Positions 24,856 to 35,808 of a DNA stretch of 64,000 bases are shown one piece after another. The translations under genes and the position numbers were made by a program. Source of the stretch: Vicugna vicugna (Eukaryota); contig MU062841.1 of NCBI GenBank assembly GCA_013265495.1, positions 2,914,001-2,978,000 on the forward strand, in the 5' to 3' direction. The notes under the pieces were generated by a model. It had not been told where the DNA came from. It searched no databases and saw only the letters and a list, made by a program, of their open reading frames with translations. Within the stretch, counting starts at the first letter, position 1, and each line of letters starts with the position of its first letter.

Positions 24856-25921
24856 TGTGAGCATGTTTAACGGCGGGGAGCAGAGCAGGTGCAGGGGACC
24901 CCACCCAACCTGGCTGCATATTCACTCCTGACTGCCGGCCACAGCCCAGCTCTCTGAGGTCAGTAACACTTTGGGGTTGATTCTTTTTTCTTTTTTTTTT
25001 CCCCCCAGTCCAGCCAGTCATCCATTTCTACCTAATCAATATGATTAAGTCAGTATGGAACTACTGGGCCCACATCCTTTTTAATTCTTTTCCTGTGAAC
25101 TGGTGAAAACTACTAAAAGCAGAGGTTAAGTGCCCAAGGACTCGGTAACTAGCAAGCATGTTGGGGGGAAGACAAAAATCTCAACCTTCAGAGCCTTACT
25201 CAGGGATTCCTGCTTGAGCTTTCTTCCTGGGGACGCATTCCCTTCCTGAAATGAGGAATTCTGGTCCTGAAGTAAGGGCTGAGTGTTGCCTTTGGAAACT
25301 GGAGCTTTTACTGAATTCCAGGCTAGGATCGAATTTCTCAAGAGTAAGCTGTTTACGTCAGAATGGGTTGTTTGTTAAGAGAGAACAACAGACCACTTCT
25401 CTAAAAACGGGCTCCTGTCTGGCGAATCCCCCGTGGTTGGTACAGAAGTGGTCCTTCCAGAAGCAACATTAGGAAAACCACTGTGTGTAAGTAAGGTCCT
25501 GCATGGGACGACCAGGGTAAGACAGAGGTGGAAGGTGGGGGAGGTCTGTGGTTACTGGGAAAGGCAGAGTCAGACACGCAAATGAGGGGGCGAGTAATCT
25601 ACCGTCAGACTCCCTTAGGAGAACGTGGGGTTTGTTTGGAATAAATACGTCAATAACCTGCTTTGGGAGATGGGCTCAAAACTTGAAAGACCAGTAACCT
25701 TCACACAGTTATCCCCATATGAATACAGCTGGTTTTTACTTCCGTCTTTTTTTGACAATTAGCAGGACCGAGAAGGATTATCCATCAAAATGCAAAGAAT
25801 AATGATGACTCAGGGATAGGGATGTCATCAGGGGTTTTTGGCTCCTTTTGACAGATTTTCTGGGATGTGCTTACATAAGAAGATTTGTTCTGTAGCAAAC
25901 CAAGACAGTGAAGGGGAGAGA

Positions 25922-25943
25922 CCCCCACCCCCACCCCCACCCC
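25922..25943 (-). promoter_or_regulatory. G-run cluster GGGGTGGGGGTGGGGGTGGGGG (G-quadruplex / intronic splicing enhancer candidate)
   Basis: Four runs of 4-5 G with 1-nt loops, starting 25 nt after the exon 6 donor. Confidence 0.6.
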
Positions 25944-25968
25944 GCGGCACAGGTGACCACACACTCAC

Positions 25969-26058
25969 CGTGAACACCTTCTCCGGGGCCCCTTTAGCCC
26001 TCATGTTGGTGTCGTGGACGTGCTTGAGAATCATCCAGGCTTCGTCGTGTTTGCCCAT
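25969..26058 (-). CDS. SV2B: SV2B exon 6, 90 nt
   Basis: CACCAG|ATG: MGKHDEAWMILKHVHDTNMRAKGAPEKVFT. Donor ACG|GTGAGT. Confidence 0.98.
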
Positions 26059-26707
26059 CTGGTGAAACCAAGGGAAGAGACATGAAGAATCCTTTGCTGA
26101 CTAGGGGTGGAAAAGAAGGAATTCAACAAGGAGGATCAGTCTGTAGAAAGCCTGAAGGAGGCACGTGGGTGGAGTCTGAGCACTAGGGCTGTGAGAGCCT
26201 GCGAGTCCTACAGCCCCTCCGCCAGCCCTGCCCGTCTGACCACCGCAGGCAGGGAGGCTCCCCCAACGTCGGAAGCCTCGCAGGACTCCAGGAGCAGCGT
26301 TCTGGAGGGGAGCAGTCCTGCAGAGCTAACAGTCATGACGGGTTCAGGAGCAGTGACAGCTTTACAGCGCATCGCATGGCCATAACATGGAAGAACTCCA
26401 CGCATCTTTGAAAAGCCTCATCGTCGGAACCTCTGAAGAGAGTGGGTGCAGGCAGCAGCCCCAGGAGGGCCCCATCCAGCTCCGCCTAGCCTCGGGGAGC
26501 AGTGCTGCTGCCCTGGGCTCAGTGGGCTCCTGTGTCCCTCCGGCTCTGGCAGTCTGTGAACCCCAGGCACACAGCCGTCACAAGCAGCAATGGAACCGGA
26601 TGTAATGACGGGTCAAGGCAGCCGACCTGGGACAAAGGGGCTGAGACAGCAGGCTAGCTCCTGTCACCGTCCCATCACTCTCACGTGGGGCCAGGGCGCT
26701 GACTCAC

Positions 26708-26841
26708 CTCTAGCAGAAACCTCGGGCTCTCTGGCATGAACTTCAAGGCCACCATGGATATGGTGCAGGGCAGAGCGCAGACGATGACAAACACTCTCCA
26801 GCTGTGGAAGTGGTAATTGGTGCCCATGCTGAAGCCCCAGC
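26708..26841 (-). CDS. SV2B: SV2B exon 5, 134 nt
   Basis: CACAG|GC TGG: WGFSMGTNYHFHSWRVFVIVCALPCTISMVALKFMPESPRFLLE, containing the MFS PESPR motif. Donor GAG|GTGAGT. Confidence 0.98.
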
Positions 26842-29204
26842 CTGTGAAGGAACAGGATTTCTGATGCACGATCTTAGAGGGACCATAAAGAACTGGCTCT
26901 CGAACTACAAGAGCATCACTTGGGGAGTAAGGTAAAAGGCAGGCTTTCCAGCTATGCCCCCAAAGCGTCTGATTCCGACAGGCTCTTGGAATCTCCATCT
27001 TGTCAACCCTCTAGGTAGGCCTGGCTGGACATTTATGGGGCCTTGGGTCAGGGTTGAAAAAACAGGCATCACTCCATATCTCTATGTATCTATTAAAATT
27101 TCAGCTAACAGACTGATAGATGACAGATGTTCTAATGCCCTGCCTTGACAAATAAGGAGCTGGAATGCCAGGCCCAGAACTGTCCAGGACCCACTTTTAT
27201 AGGACCCCCTTCTGTCCCCACACCAGCTCCTCTTGCAGAATGAGGGGCCTCCTGCCAACAGATGCAGTCACTCCACACACCACCATGGTGACAGTGGGTG
27301 TCCTTGTCATGATCCCTCGAGTTTAGGGGGGATTCCTAAGTCCTAAGTACCCAGAGTGTGATCTAGCAGTCAAACTCAGATGGAGAAGAAGGGTTATGTT
27401 TAGAAAGTATTCTACCTCTGAAAGATTTTGTTTTCTTAATATGTGCAGATTATCCAAAATCCATCATTCCCTCATGCGTCTATGGTTTTTATGGTGATTT
27501 CAGTAATCTGCACTTAACACATTCATTAGGTACATCTTTGGGCCTTAAATTAAATAGAATTAAACAATGAACTGCTTCCAAATATATGAAACAACGGTTA
27601 ATCTGGAGACAGGGATTGTTCTACTCAATGATTTTTTTAGCTTGCCCTACTTTTCTCCATCAGGATTTCACAAGCAGCTGCTGGTGCTGACTACAATGGG
27701 AATTAATCTTCCATAATATATCCTTTTTTTTTTCCTGGGCTGTGCCCCTGAGTTCCCAGAAAAATATTCTGAGTTTTGTAATTTTCTTTCTCAATGACTC
27801 AGTCACCCAAATTCCTGGTGCCAAGACCTCCCATCACTTCATTCCTGCAAAGGCAATTAAATGGGTTGCACAAGCTGTGTACAAACATCAGGGCTCCTCT
27901 CTGGATTACCCTTGCCTTTGTCCCTGCTGAGTGGAGGGGGCGTGAGGGATTAATGTCTTAGGCCTGTTGAGAAATACCATCAAATGTCTGATTCACTGTG
28001 GACAAAACATCTGGTCCTAGTAAAATGAGGCTGAAAATAAATAACCACTCCTCTTACACTGTGATTCCAGTCCACCACATCTCTAGGATTGGTTTTCCCC
28101 AAGCTAACGCCTGTTTCAATTAAGCCTAATCATCCGAGAGGGTGGTATTTTTAAATGGATTGTAAAACTCACAGATTTTATACATATGGAGTAAAATACT
28201 CAACCACAAGCCCTGCCATCAGCCAGCAATGGTCAGCCAGCAGCCATACGCCCACCCACCCCCCAACCCCACTGCCGCCATGGGCATCCCACTCAGCCTT
28301 GAGATGCAAAGAGAAACATGGAGAAAATTTCTGAGATGATTCTAGTACTAGGGCTGGCTTCCTTCTCAGCTGCCTTAGCAATTCTAGCCCTATTTGCAGA
28401 CTGCCGGTCCCACAAGGGAAACACGCCCTCACACTCAGCCCATGAGCAAAGCTCTTTGGCTTCTCTCTGATTGGATCACTTTAGGTCACGTGCTCGCCTC
28501 AGCCATCGCTAAACCCCAGAGGATGCCAGGTCCTGAAGGCTTCCATATACTTCCTTCCTCGTCCCTGGCACGGGGAGTGGGGTCAGTCGCACCCAAACCG
28601 CAAGTCTGCAACCCAGCGGAGAAGGAAGGACGGGAAGGATGTTGTGAGGACAGCAACCCATAATAGTCACTAGAAACTGCATCAGTTTTTCACTTCACTT
28701 ACCACACACAGGCACACATCAGTGTGTCTAGATCAAAAAGCAGTAAAAGAACTCAGGCTGGGAACGTGTCAACCAAGACTGAAGGAACCAAGGCTGGACA
28801 AGACAGAAGAACTTGTCCCAAATTACACAGCACCATTATTTTGACTCAGCTTTTATTCAGATTCTGTTTGTCTCCTTGCCCAAAAAGGTTTCTAACTCAT
28901 TTAATTTAAATGTGGAAATAGTTTCTCAGTGTTAACACATTTGGATCAATTAACAGGGGAAATGATATTATAGCAAGAACTGCGGGGGAAGAAATCAATT
29001 CCTTGGACCCACATAACCAACAGCCCGCGGATAATAAAAGTGTGGGTCTGAGGGAAGGGTCGGGTGCAGAGCCTGATACTGGGAGTAATACAATTTTGTA
29101 TCTAAAATTAAGGAGAACTGCCAACAGTGACAGAATCATCTGGAAAACCCTTCAACAATTTATGTCACTTTTCCTGTTCATATTTCTTCTCTGTCTCTGA
29201 CACA

Positions 29205-29629
29205 AAGTCCAGTGGGATATGCCAAAAATTACATGATGTTCCCAAACCCATTTCTTCTACTTCTGGGCACACAGCTAGGTTACATTTTCCAGGGTCCTTT
29301 GCCATAGCGTGTGGTCATATTACAGATCTGGGGGCCAATGGGATATGAGCAGAGGGGCTGTGATCCACTTCCTAGCCTGCCCTCCAGAACCACCCATGTA
29401 CAGCTGCCCCTGCTCCTTCCCCAAACCCACAGGTAGGCTCCGCGTTGAAGAGGGCAGGGTCACATGCTGGAAGGAACCTAAGCCCTGGGACTACTGATGC
29501 AGCAGAGCTGCCTGCAGATGAGAAACAACCAGCCAGGCTTTACAAGAGGGGAAACTTCTACTGTATGAAACCACTGAGATTTCAGAGGTTTCTGAGGGTA
29601 ATACAGGCAGCACCCACTTAACTAATACA
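29205..29629 (+). mobile_element. MaLR solo LTR (MLT1J/K-like)
   Basis: gggccaatgggatatgagcagagg..., aaacttctactgtatgaaaccactgagattt, ending ttaactaataca. Confidence 0.7.
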
Positions 29630-30553
29630 ATAGGCATTGTCTTCGCCAAAGCTCCTTGTTTAAAAGATAAGACAGAAGCCTCCATTAGCCCAGAATATGC
29701 ATCAGAGAGGGTCAGATTTAAAGCAAGCCCACCATGGAGGGGAATGGGTGGAGAAGGGTTGGTTTCAGGGGCAGCTGTCTGCTACTCCGTCTGGGCTGCA
29801 GGATTCTAGATGATGGCAAAGCTTACGTCCATAATCAGTGGTTTACCAGAAACAATTTTGAAGGATGCTGATGGTACTACCCAGGATACTCAAAAGGCGT
29901 AATCAAATTCAAAACTGCTGCCTTCTCCCTACTTGACTCTTAATAAAAACCAACAGTGAAAGTTAATGTTGCCAAGTCTCCATCCGGAAAATCCAGTTTT
30001 TGCAATTACCCAGGATAATGAAATTGTCCTGGCTGAAACCAAGACCTTGTCTGTAAGGGCTGCTCCATGTCTACAGCCAAATAAGAGTGACAGCAGGCAC
30101 CAGAACGGAAAGTATACAAGAAAACCACACAGAGCGAGAGAGCGGCATCGGGCTTCAAGGTCATGCCAAGGCCAAGTCATCAATTTGGCCAAGTCGTTGA
30201 CTTCTTGGTTTCTGTGACATCTATAAAATGGGGTTACCAGGCCTAACTTGCTGTGAGGACGAGGGCTGTAGGAGATGAAGGTTGACGTCCTTTCAAACAA
30301 AAGGGAGGAAAGAAGAAAGGAAAGGAGTGGGGGAGGGAGGAAGGAGGGGAGGACAGACTGTATGATTTCCAGAAAGACATGAGCACGGAAATTAGCAATG
30401 TGTTTCCAGGGTTGGAATTTCTTTAGAAAGATCAAGGCCATACACAGGAACTGTGTGTGACTGTAGGAATAAGGCGGAGGACAGGAAATGCTGCTTGGAA
30501 GCAGGTACCGTAGGAACTAGGGCCCCTGGGCTCTCTTGTGCCAGTGCACTCAC

Positions 30554-30705
30554 CATAGTGTGGAATGATGCTCCAGGCCATGGCAGATGCATAGATGCCT
30601 CCAGTCATCCAGAAGATGCCCAGCCAACTGAGATGCTCTCCTCGTTTCTCCCGGGACAAGAATTCAGAAAAATAGGCAAAAACAATGGGCAGAGCACCCC
30701 CAATA
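30554..30705 (-). CDS. SV2B: SV2B exon 4, 152 nt
   Basis: TGCAG|T ATT GGG: IGGALPIVFAYFSEFLSREKRGEHLSWLGIFWMTGGIYASAMAWSIIPHYG. Donor G|GTGAGT. Confidence 0.98.
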
Positions 30706-31036
30706 CTGCAGAAAGAAAAATGCCAGAAAGAAAGAATCAAGTCAGACACTAAAAATGGTCATAACAGGAACCAAAGTGCCTGTCTCACCCTTAGGCTCTG
30801 TGATCAAATATGCCAGTAAATTCGAAAGACCAACCAAGACAATGTCGGTTATTTTGCCCTTATCCACTGACTTTACCACCTAGCCCCTTTTTAAGGTTCA
30901 ACTTTAACACAGCATCTTGGAAGTCAGACAAAAAACTCAGTCCGAGGTTTTCTGGAGGTACCACTCAGAGGCAGAGTACCAGGATGGGCGGACCATTGGT
31001 CCAGGGGCCTCCAGCTGAGCCTCTGTGATTACGTAC

Positions 31037-31217
31037 CCTATGCCCGAGATGAGTCTGCAGAAGAGAAAGGATCCGTATCCCTGTACGAAGGAGGAGAGGG
31101 AGGCGAAGGAGGCATTGACAGCCAGGGACATGCTGAGGACTCTCTTCCTCCCCAGTTTATCAGCCAGGCCCCCCAGGACGAAGGCTCCCCCCATCATTCC
31201 TAGGTAGACTATCAGCC
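31037..31217 (-). CDS. SV2B: SV2B exon 3, 181 nt
   Basis: CACAG|GG CTG ATA...: LIVYLGMMGGAFVLGGLADKLGRKRVL...CRLISGIG, containing the MFS motif A (GGLADKLGRK). Donor GG|GTACGT. Confidence 0.98.
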
Positions 31218-31985
31218 CTGTGAGGAGGGGACAGAGAGAGGAAAAGGTGGAGAGAGAAGACAGGAAATTAGGAACCACGCTATGGTTTAGAAAATCCGAT
31301 GCCCACTTTTAATGCATCCTAGAAATTCCATGTCACAGACATAAAAGGTGGAATGTGACAGATGTTGGTGCAAATTAGAAGTGCTGAACAAATGTGACTT
31401 CTTAGGAATGCTATTCAAAAAAAAAATAGCTCCCCCCACCCAGGCTTACACATATGTACACATACTAAAATAGATCCACCATAGCTGGGTTTGCTGTACC
31501 CTTTCTTAAACCCTACTCGTTTAGATGAGTAATCCGCAGATGAGAGAAATGCTGTTGTTTTATTTTTAAGCCAAAAAAAAAAGCATTTATGCTATAAAAG
31601 TCCTTACCGGTGGGGTTAGGTTTAAAGAGAAATTTTCCAGGGGAAAGTGTGGCAAAGTGGGCATGGGGAACATTGGGAAGGGAAAAAATGGTGCGAGTGA
31701 AAACAATTGCCAACAAGATGGCTTATATATTTAAACACCCAAGAAGGGCTTTTTCCAAGCCACAACCAGTGTTCAGATTTCTTAGGGAAATATGGAAGAG
31801 GGTAGCAATGAGCTGTCCTTCCTTCAACACATGTAACCCCTATGTGCCTCAGAATAAAATCAGTTAATTTAAGATAGCATATACATATATGGTTGTAGAC
31901 ACATTTATGGCTGGTATTCCAATGAAAGCCAGCATCCTCATAGAGGGGGAACACTTTCAGAAACACATGGATAATTCTTTCCTAG

Positions 31986-32419
31986 TGTGAAGGAAAAGCC
32001 GGGCTGGGCTAACAAGCTAACTCACAAATCTGAGTGTAACAAGTGTCGGATCACTGATCTGAGTTCTGCTGGGCTAACTCGTAAATCTCAGTTAATAAGT
32101 GTCAGTTTGCTGATTATGTTCATGTTTTTTTTTTTTTGCTAGCCAGCTGGATTTTCAAAGAGACATATCTGGCCTTGAAATGTTGGTTTGCTGCCTCCCT
32201 GCCCCCACTTTTGTGATCATGATGCTGCTAAAGCTGTTCCATGCCTTTTGGCCAAATACCCCAAGCTTGTAATTAACCCTATAAAACCTCACGCACACGT
32301 CTTGGAGGGGCTCAGAGCTCCGGAGCAGAAGCCCCTCTGAGCCCGCCGGCGTAATACATCTGAGTACTCCAACCCTCCGAGTGGTGCTTGTTTCTTGCTG
32401 GCCTGTCATTTCCGTAACA
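31986..32419 (+). mobile_element. ERV1-class solo LTR, 434 bp, antisense to SV2B
   Basis: TGTGAAGG...CCGTAACA. Flanks ctag/ctac (4-bp TSD, 1 mismatch). U3 direct repeats (gctgggctaac...aagtgtc twice), TATAAAA at 32280, R hairpin gggctcagag/ctctgagccc (32308-32344), degenerate poly(A) signal AATACA at 32353. Confidence 0.8.
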
Positions 32420-32435
32420 CTACTAAATACTGAGT

Positions 32436-32650
32436 ACTTAACTAATTAGCAATGACTGTGCTAAGTGAACACATTATTGACTAAACCACGAAGGAAATTC
32501 TGGAGAACGTCTTTCACGTGGTGAAAATATTAAATACAAATTAGGTAAGTATCCTTTTGCTCAGCCTTGAGGGTAAATCAAATGATGAACACAAACTGCC
32601 TTTCACAGAAAGGAAGCTTCTCCCCTCCTGTGGATGCTTGGTTCACGCAG
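32436..32650 (+). repeat. Left arm of a perfect 215-bp inverted repeat
   Basis: Base-by-base reverse complement of 33685-33899 with no mismatch found. Confidence 0.97.
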
Positions 32651-32949
32651 ATGTGAGCTAGGAAGGGTGCGCGTGAAGCCAAGAGCTTCATTCACTGCTT
32701 AATCAACTTGAAGGTAGATCCCCGAAGGGAGAAATTTAACTACACTCTGCTGGATCTTCCCCGTGGCAGGTTTCTTTCTCTTGTTATTTTATTCCAGGAG
32801 ATGAAAAGAAATGATACCTTTGGTGTTGTCAACAGCTTTCCCTCACGTGTGTTGTCATGTTTTACCTCTGCGTTGCTCAAAGTCATGAAATGTGTTTATT
32901 TACTTTTTCTTCTTTGTATATGATGTCACTTCATGAAATATCCTTATGA

Positions 32950-33300
32950 GGCTACAAGCATTTATTAAGCGCCTGTTACTAGATAAGTGCTATTTTCGTT
33001 ACAAGGATACAGAGGGGTACAAACACAGTAAATCCCTTTCTTCGTGGAGCTTACATTCTAGTTGGGGAAAGGGGATAATACGTAAGTGAGTAAAATATAC
33101 AGTAAGTGGGTTGCTGATAAGTGATACAGAGAAAAATAACACAGAGGCAGGGAAAGAGAGTGTCAGGTGGGAGGTGACAGCTCTAGATAAGATGGTTCGG
33201 GGAGCCCTCAGGAAAATGGGACAGTAGGACAAAGAGCTGCAGAGAGCCCAGCATGGGGCCATCTAGGGGAAACTGCTGACCCTGTGCTCCTGGACACACG
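32950..33300 (-). mobile_element. L2a-like 3' fragment inside the inverted-repeat spacer
   Basis: taagcgcctgttactagataagtgct...ggagcttacattctagttggggaaag...gataagtgatacagagaaaaataa matches antisense L2. Confidence 0.75.
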
Positions 33301-33684
33301 TGGAGGGCACACAGAGAAGTGACAGAGTGAGGCTCAGAATCCACTGTTTACCAGTTTTCCAGCCCGCAGCTCAGAAAACGCAGTGAGCAGTTGCCCACTA
33401 CGTAAGTGTCACTGACACTTGTGTTTGAGAAAGTGAGTCTAGGCTTACAAACCCAACGCAGGCCTGGGTCATGCTATATTGTAATGACATGAGAGTCAGT
33501 GTTCCCTGCTAGACTGTGAGTTCATCTGTCTGATCCAGCCCTGACCAGCTGGGGGCTTTCAGCATCTGGTTCCCAGCAGACCTCATCCTGCCTGGTTCTT
33601 AGCCACTAAGTGTATGTCTAGCAGGACTCTTCTTTCTCCCTTTCTCCCCTTCTCACACTCCCTTTCTCACTCCCTTTCTCACTC

Positions 33685-33899
33685 CTGCGTGAACCAAGCA
33701 TCCACAGGAGGGGAGAAGCTTCCTTTCTGTGAAAGGCAGTTTGTGTTCATCATTTGATTTACCCTCAAGGCTGAGCAAAAGGATACTTACCTAATTTGTA
33801 TTTAATATTTTCACCACGTGAAAGACGTTCTCCAGAATTTCCTTCGTGGTTTAGTCAATAATGTGTTCACTTAGCACAGTCATTGCTAATTAGTTAAGT
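33685..33899 (-). repeat. Right arm of a perfect 215-bp inverted repeat
   Basis: Reverse complement of 32436-32650. Spacer is 32651-33684 (1034 bp). Confidence 0.97.
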
Positions 33900-35650
33900 G
33901 ATGAGGATATCTTAAAATCGTCTTCTGCTGCCATGACCCAGCTCCAGCAAGGATGAATTTGCTTAGGTGCTGGGTGAGCCCCAGGCTGCAGCTCCTCTGA
34001 TTCTCACCTGGTGGTGCCATGCACATGACTGGCTTTGTGCCCAGTCCTGAGAGTCTGGTCCCCACGCTAGTTTCCTACCAGCATCTGATGCCCCAACCAA
34101 TTGGAAAGTCCCAAACTCTGCCCATGCCCAACCAGGACTGGATTCTACTCTCTCAGACCTAGACAGCTCACCTAACACCATGCCACGGGCAGAAGCCCCA
34201 CATCTGAGAGGCCCTCCCTTCCTCCGCACTCCCAGATGGGCCCCTGGGAGGTCACCACCACCCCTCTCACACTGGAGTTTTCCACAATTCCTTATACTTG
34301 GTCATTTAGACTTCCAGATCAGAGCAAGAGAGAACTCTTTTTTCTTTTTTCCAAGTTCGGTCTGTTCCACTTCCAACTGCTGTTAGCCTCCACTTAGAAC
34401 CACTCCTTGCCGAGAATTTCCAACTCTCCATTCAGCCAACGAATGCCTTGTGCTTCTCTCGTGATACCTGGTCAACAAACATTTGGAATAAAGAACCTGA
34501 TGCTGAAAAGAAGGAAGGGAGTGAGGGATGTCCTGAGCGAACTGCAGATTCATGAGGAAAGTAAAGGCGACAGTGGCTGTAAGCCACCGAGTTACACAGC
34601 AGTAAACAATGGGGCAGTAAGTGCCAAACAAACTTGGGAGCCTGATGTATCCTGTAACAGCAGCAAAAGAGCCAGCACAGAGTGAGCACTTGCCACTAGG
34701 CAGCCCCCACACCAAGCACTTCACAGGCATTGCTCACCCCATGTAATGCTCCCAGCAACCTGTAACGGAGACACTGTTACCGCGCCTGCCTTATACAGAA
34801 GGAAACCGATCTGCAGAGAGAGAAAGTCGCTCCCCAAGGTCACACAACTGATGAAAATATCAAGGTTTAGAACCAGTAACTCTGACCTCAGAGCCCATGC
34901 TTTAACTCCTAGACTTGACTGCTCTTTAGAGATAAGCACTGGTCAGACTTCGTAGCTCTGTGTCAGTTCATCCTTTCTTCATTTGCTCACCCCCAGGACT
35001 GCTTGCTATGTGGGGCATGGTTTCTTCCGTTCAAGGAGAGAAACAACAAAACCAGTGATTATCTCCTGGTGAGAAAGAGTGCTCCAGTCCAAGTATTTAT
35101 CGGGCATTATAAAAACACAGAGAAGGAGCAGAGCTTGGATACGCCTCACCCAACATGGGAAGGCTTCCAAGAGAAAGACATTGAGCTGCTGTTGAAGGAC
35201 AAAGAGAAGTTAGTCAGGTCTTCATCTGGGTGGTGGGGGTGTATCACAGGCAGGTGCAGATAGCACGGACAAAAATGGGGAGGTGAAAAGAACGCCTGAT
35301 GTGTCGGGCAACGGCCAGCCAAGTAGTTCAGTGCGAGAAGAGCACCGTGCACGTGGGGGACCTGGTGAGGGACTGGGGCTGGAGATCAGGACAGAGACCA
35401 GGTTGTAAATGGCTCAGAGCCTGAAAAAGAGAGAGAGCGCGCGTGCACGTGTATGAGTGCAAGCATATGTGGCATCTGCATGTGTGTGGGCCTATGAATT
35501 CGGAGGAGGAGGGGAAGAGGAGAATTAGAGGAATGGTGAGGAGATGAGCTAAGAACCAGTCCATACACTCCATACCCAGTCCCACCCCAGACAAAAACAC
35601 TAGCATCCTACGCAAGTGCTTTTTTTTCCTGACTTCAATGAAGCTATCTT

Positions 35651-35808
35651 CAGCACTTTCCAAATTTCACTGTGCACACAAATCACGGAGGTATCGTGTT
35701 AAAATCAGATTCTGATTCTCCAGTTCGGTAGGTCTGAGGCAGAGCCTGAGGTTCTGCATTTCTAACAAGACTGGAGCTGCCGGTCCGTGGACCACACTCA
35801 GTAGCAAG
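35651..35808. mobile_element. MER5A-like hAT MITE
   Basis: gttaaaatcagattctgattc...gagcctgaggttctgcatttctaacaag...gtggaccacact. Confidence 0.75.

Noticed and set aside
35428-35492. GA repeat followed by an alternating purine-pyrimidine tract (GCGCGCGTGCACGTGT...), possible Z-DNA
   Set aside because: Short and interrupted; looks like a decayed microsatellite.
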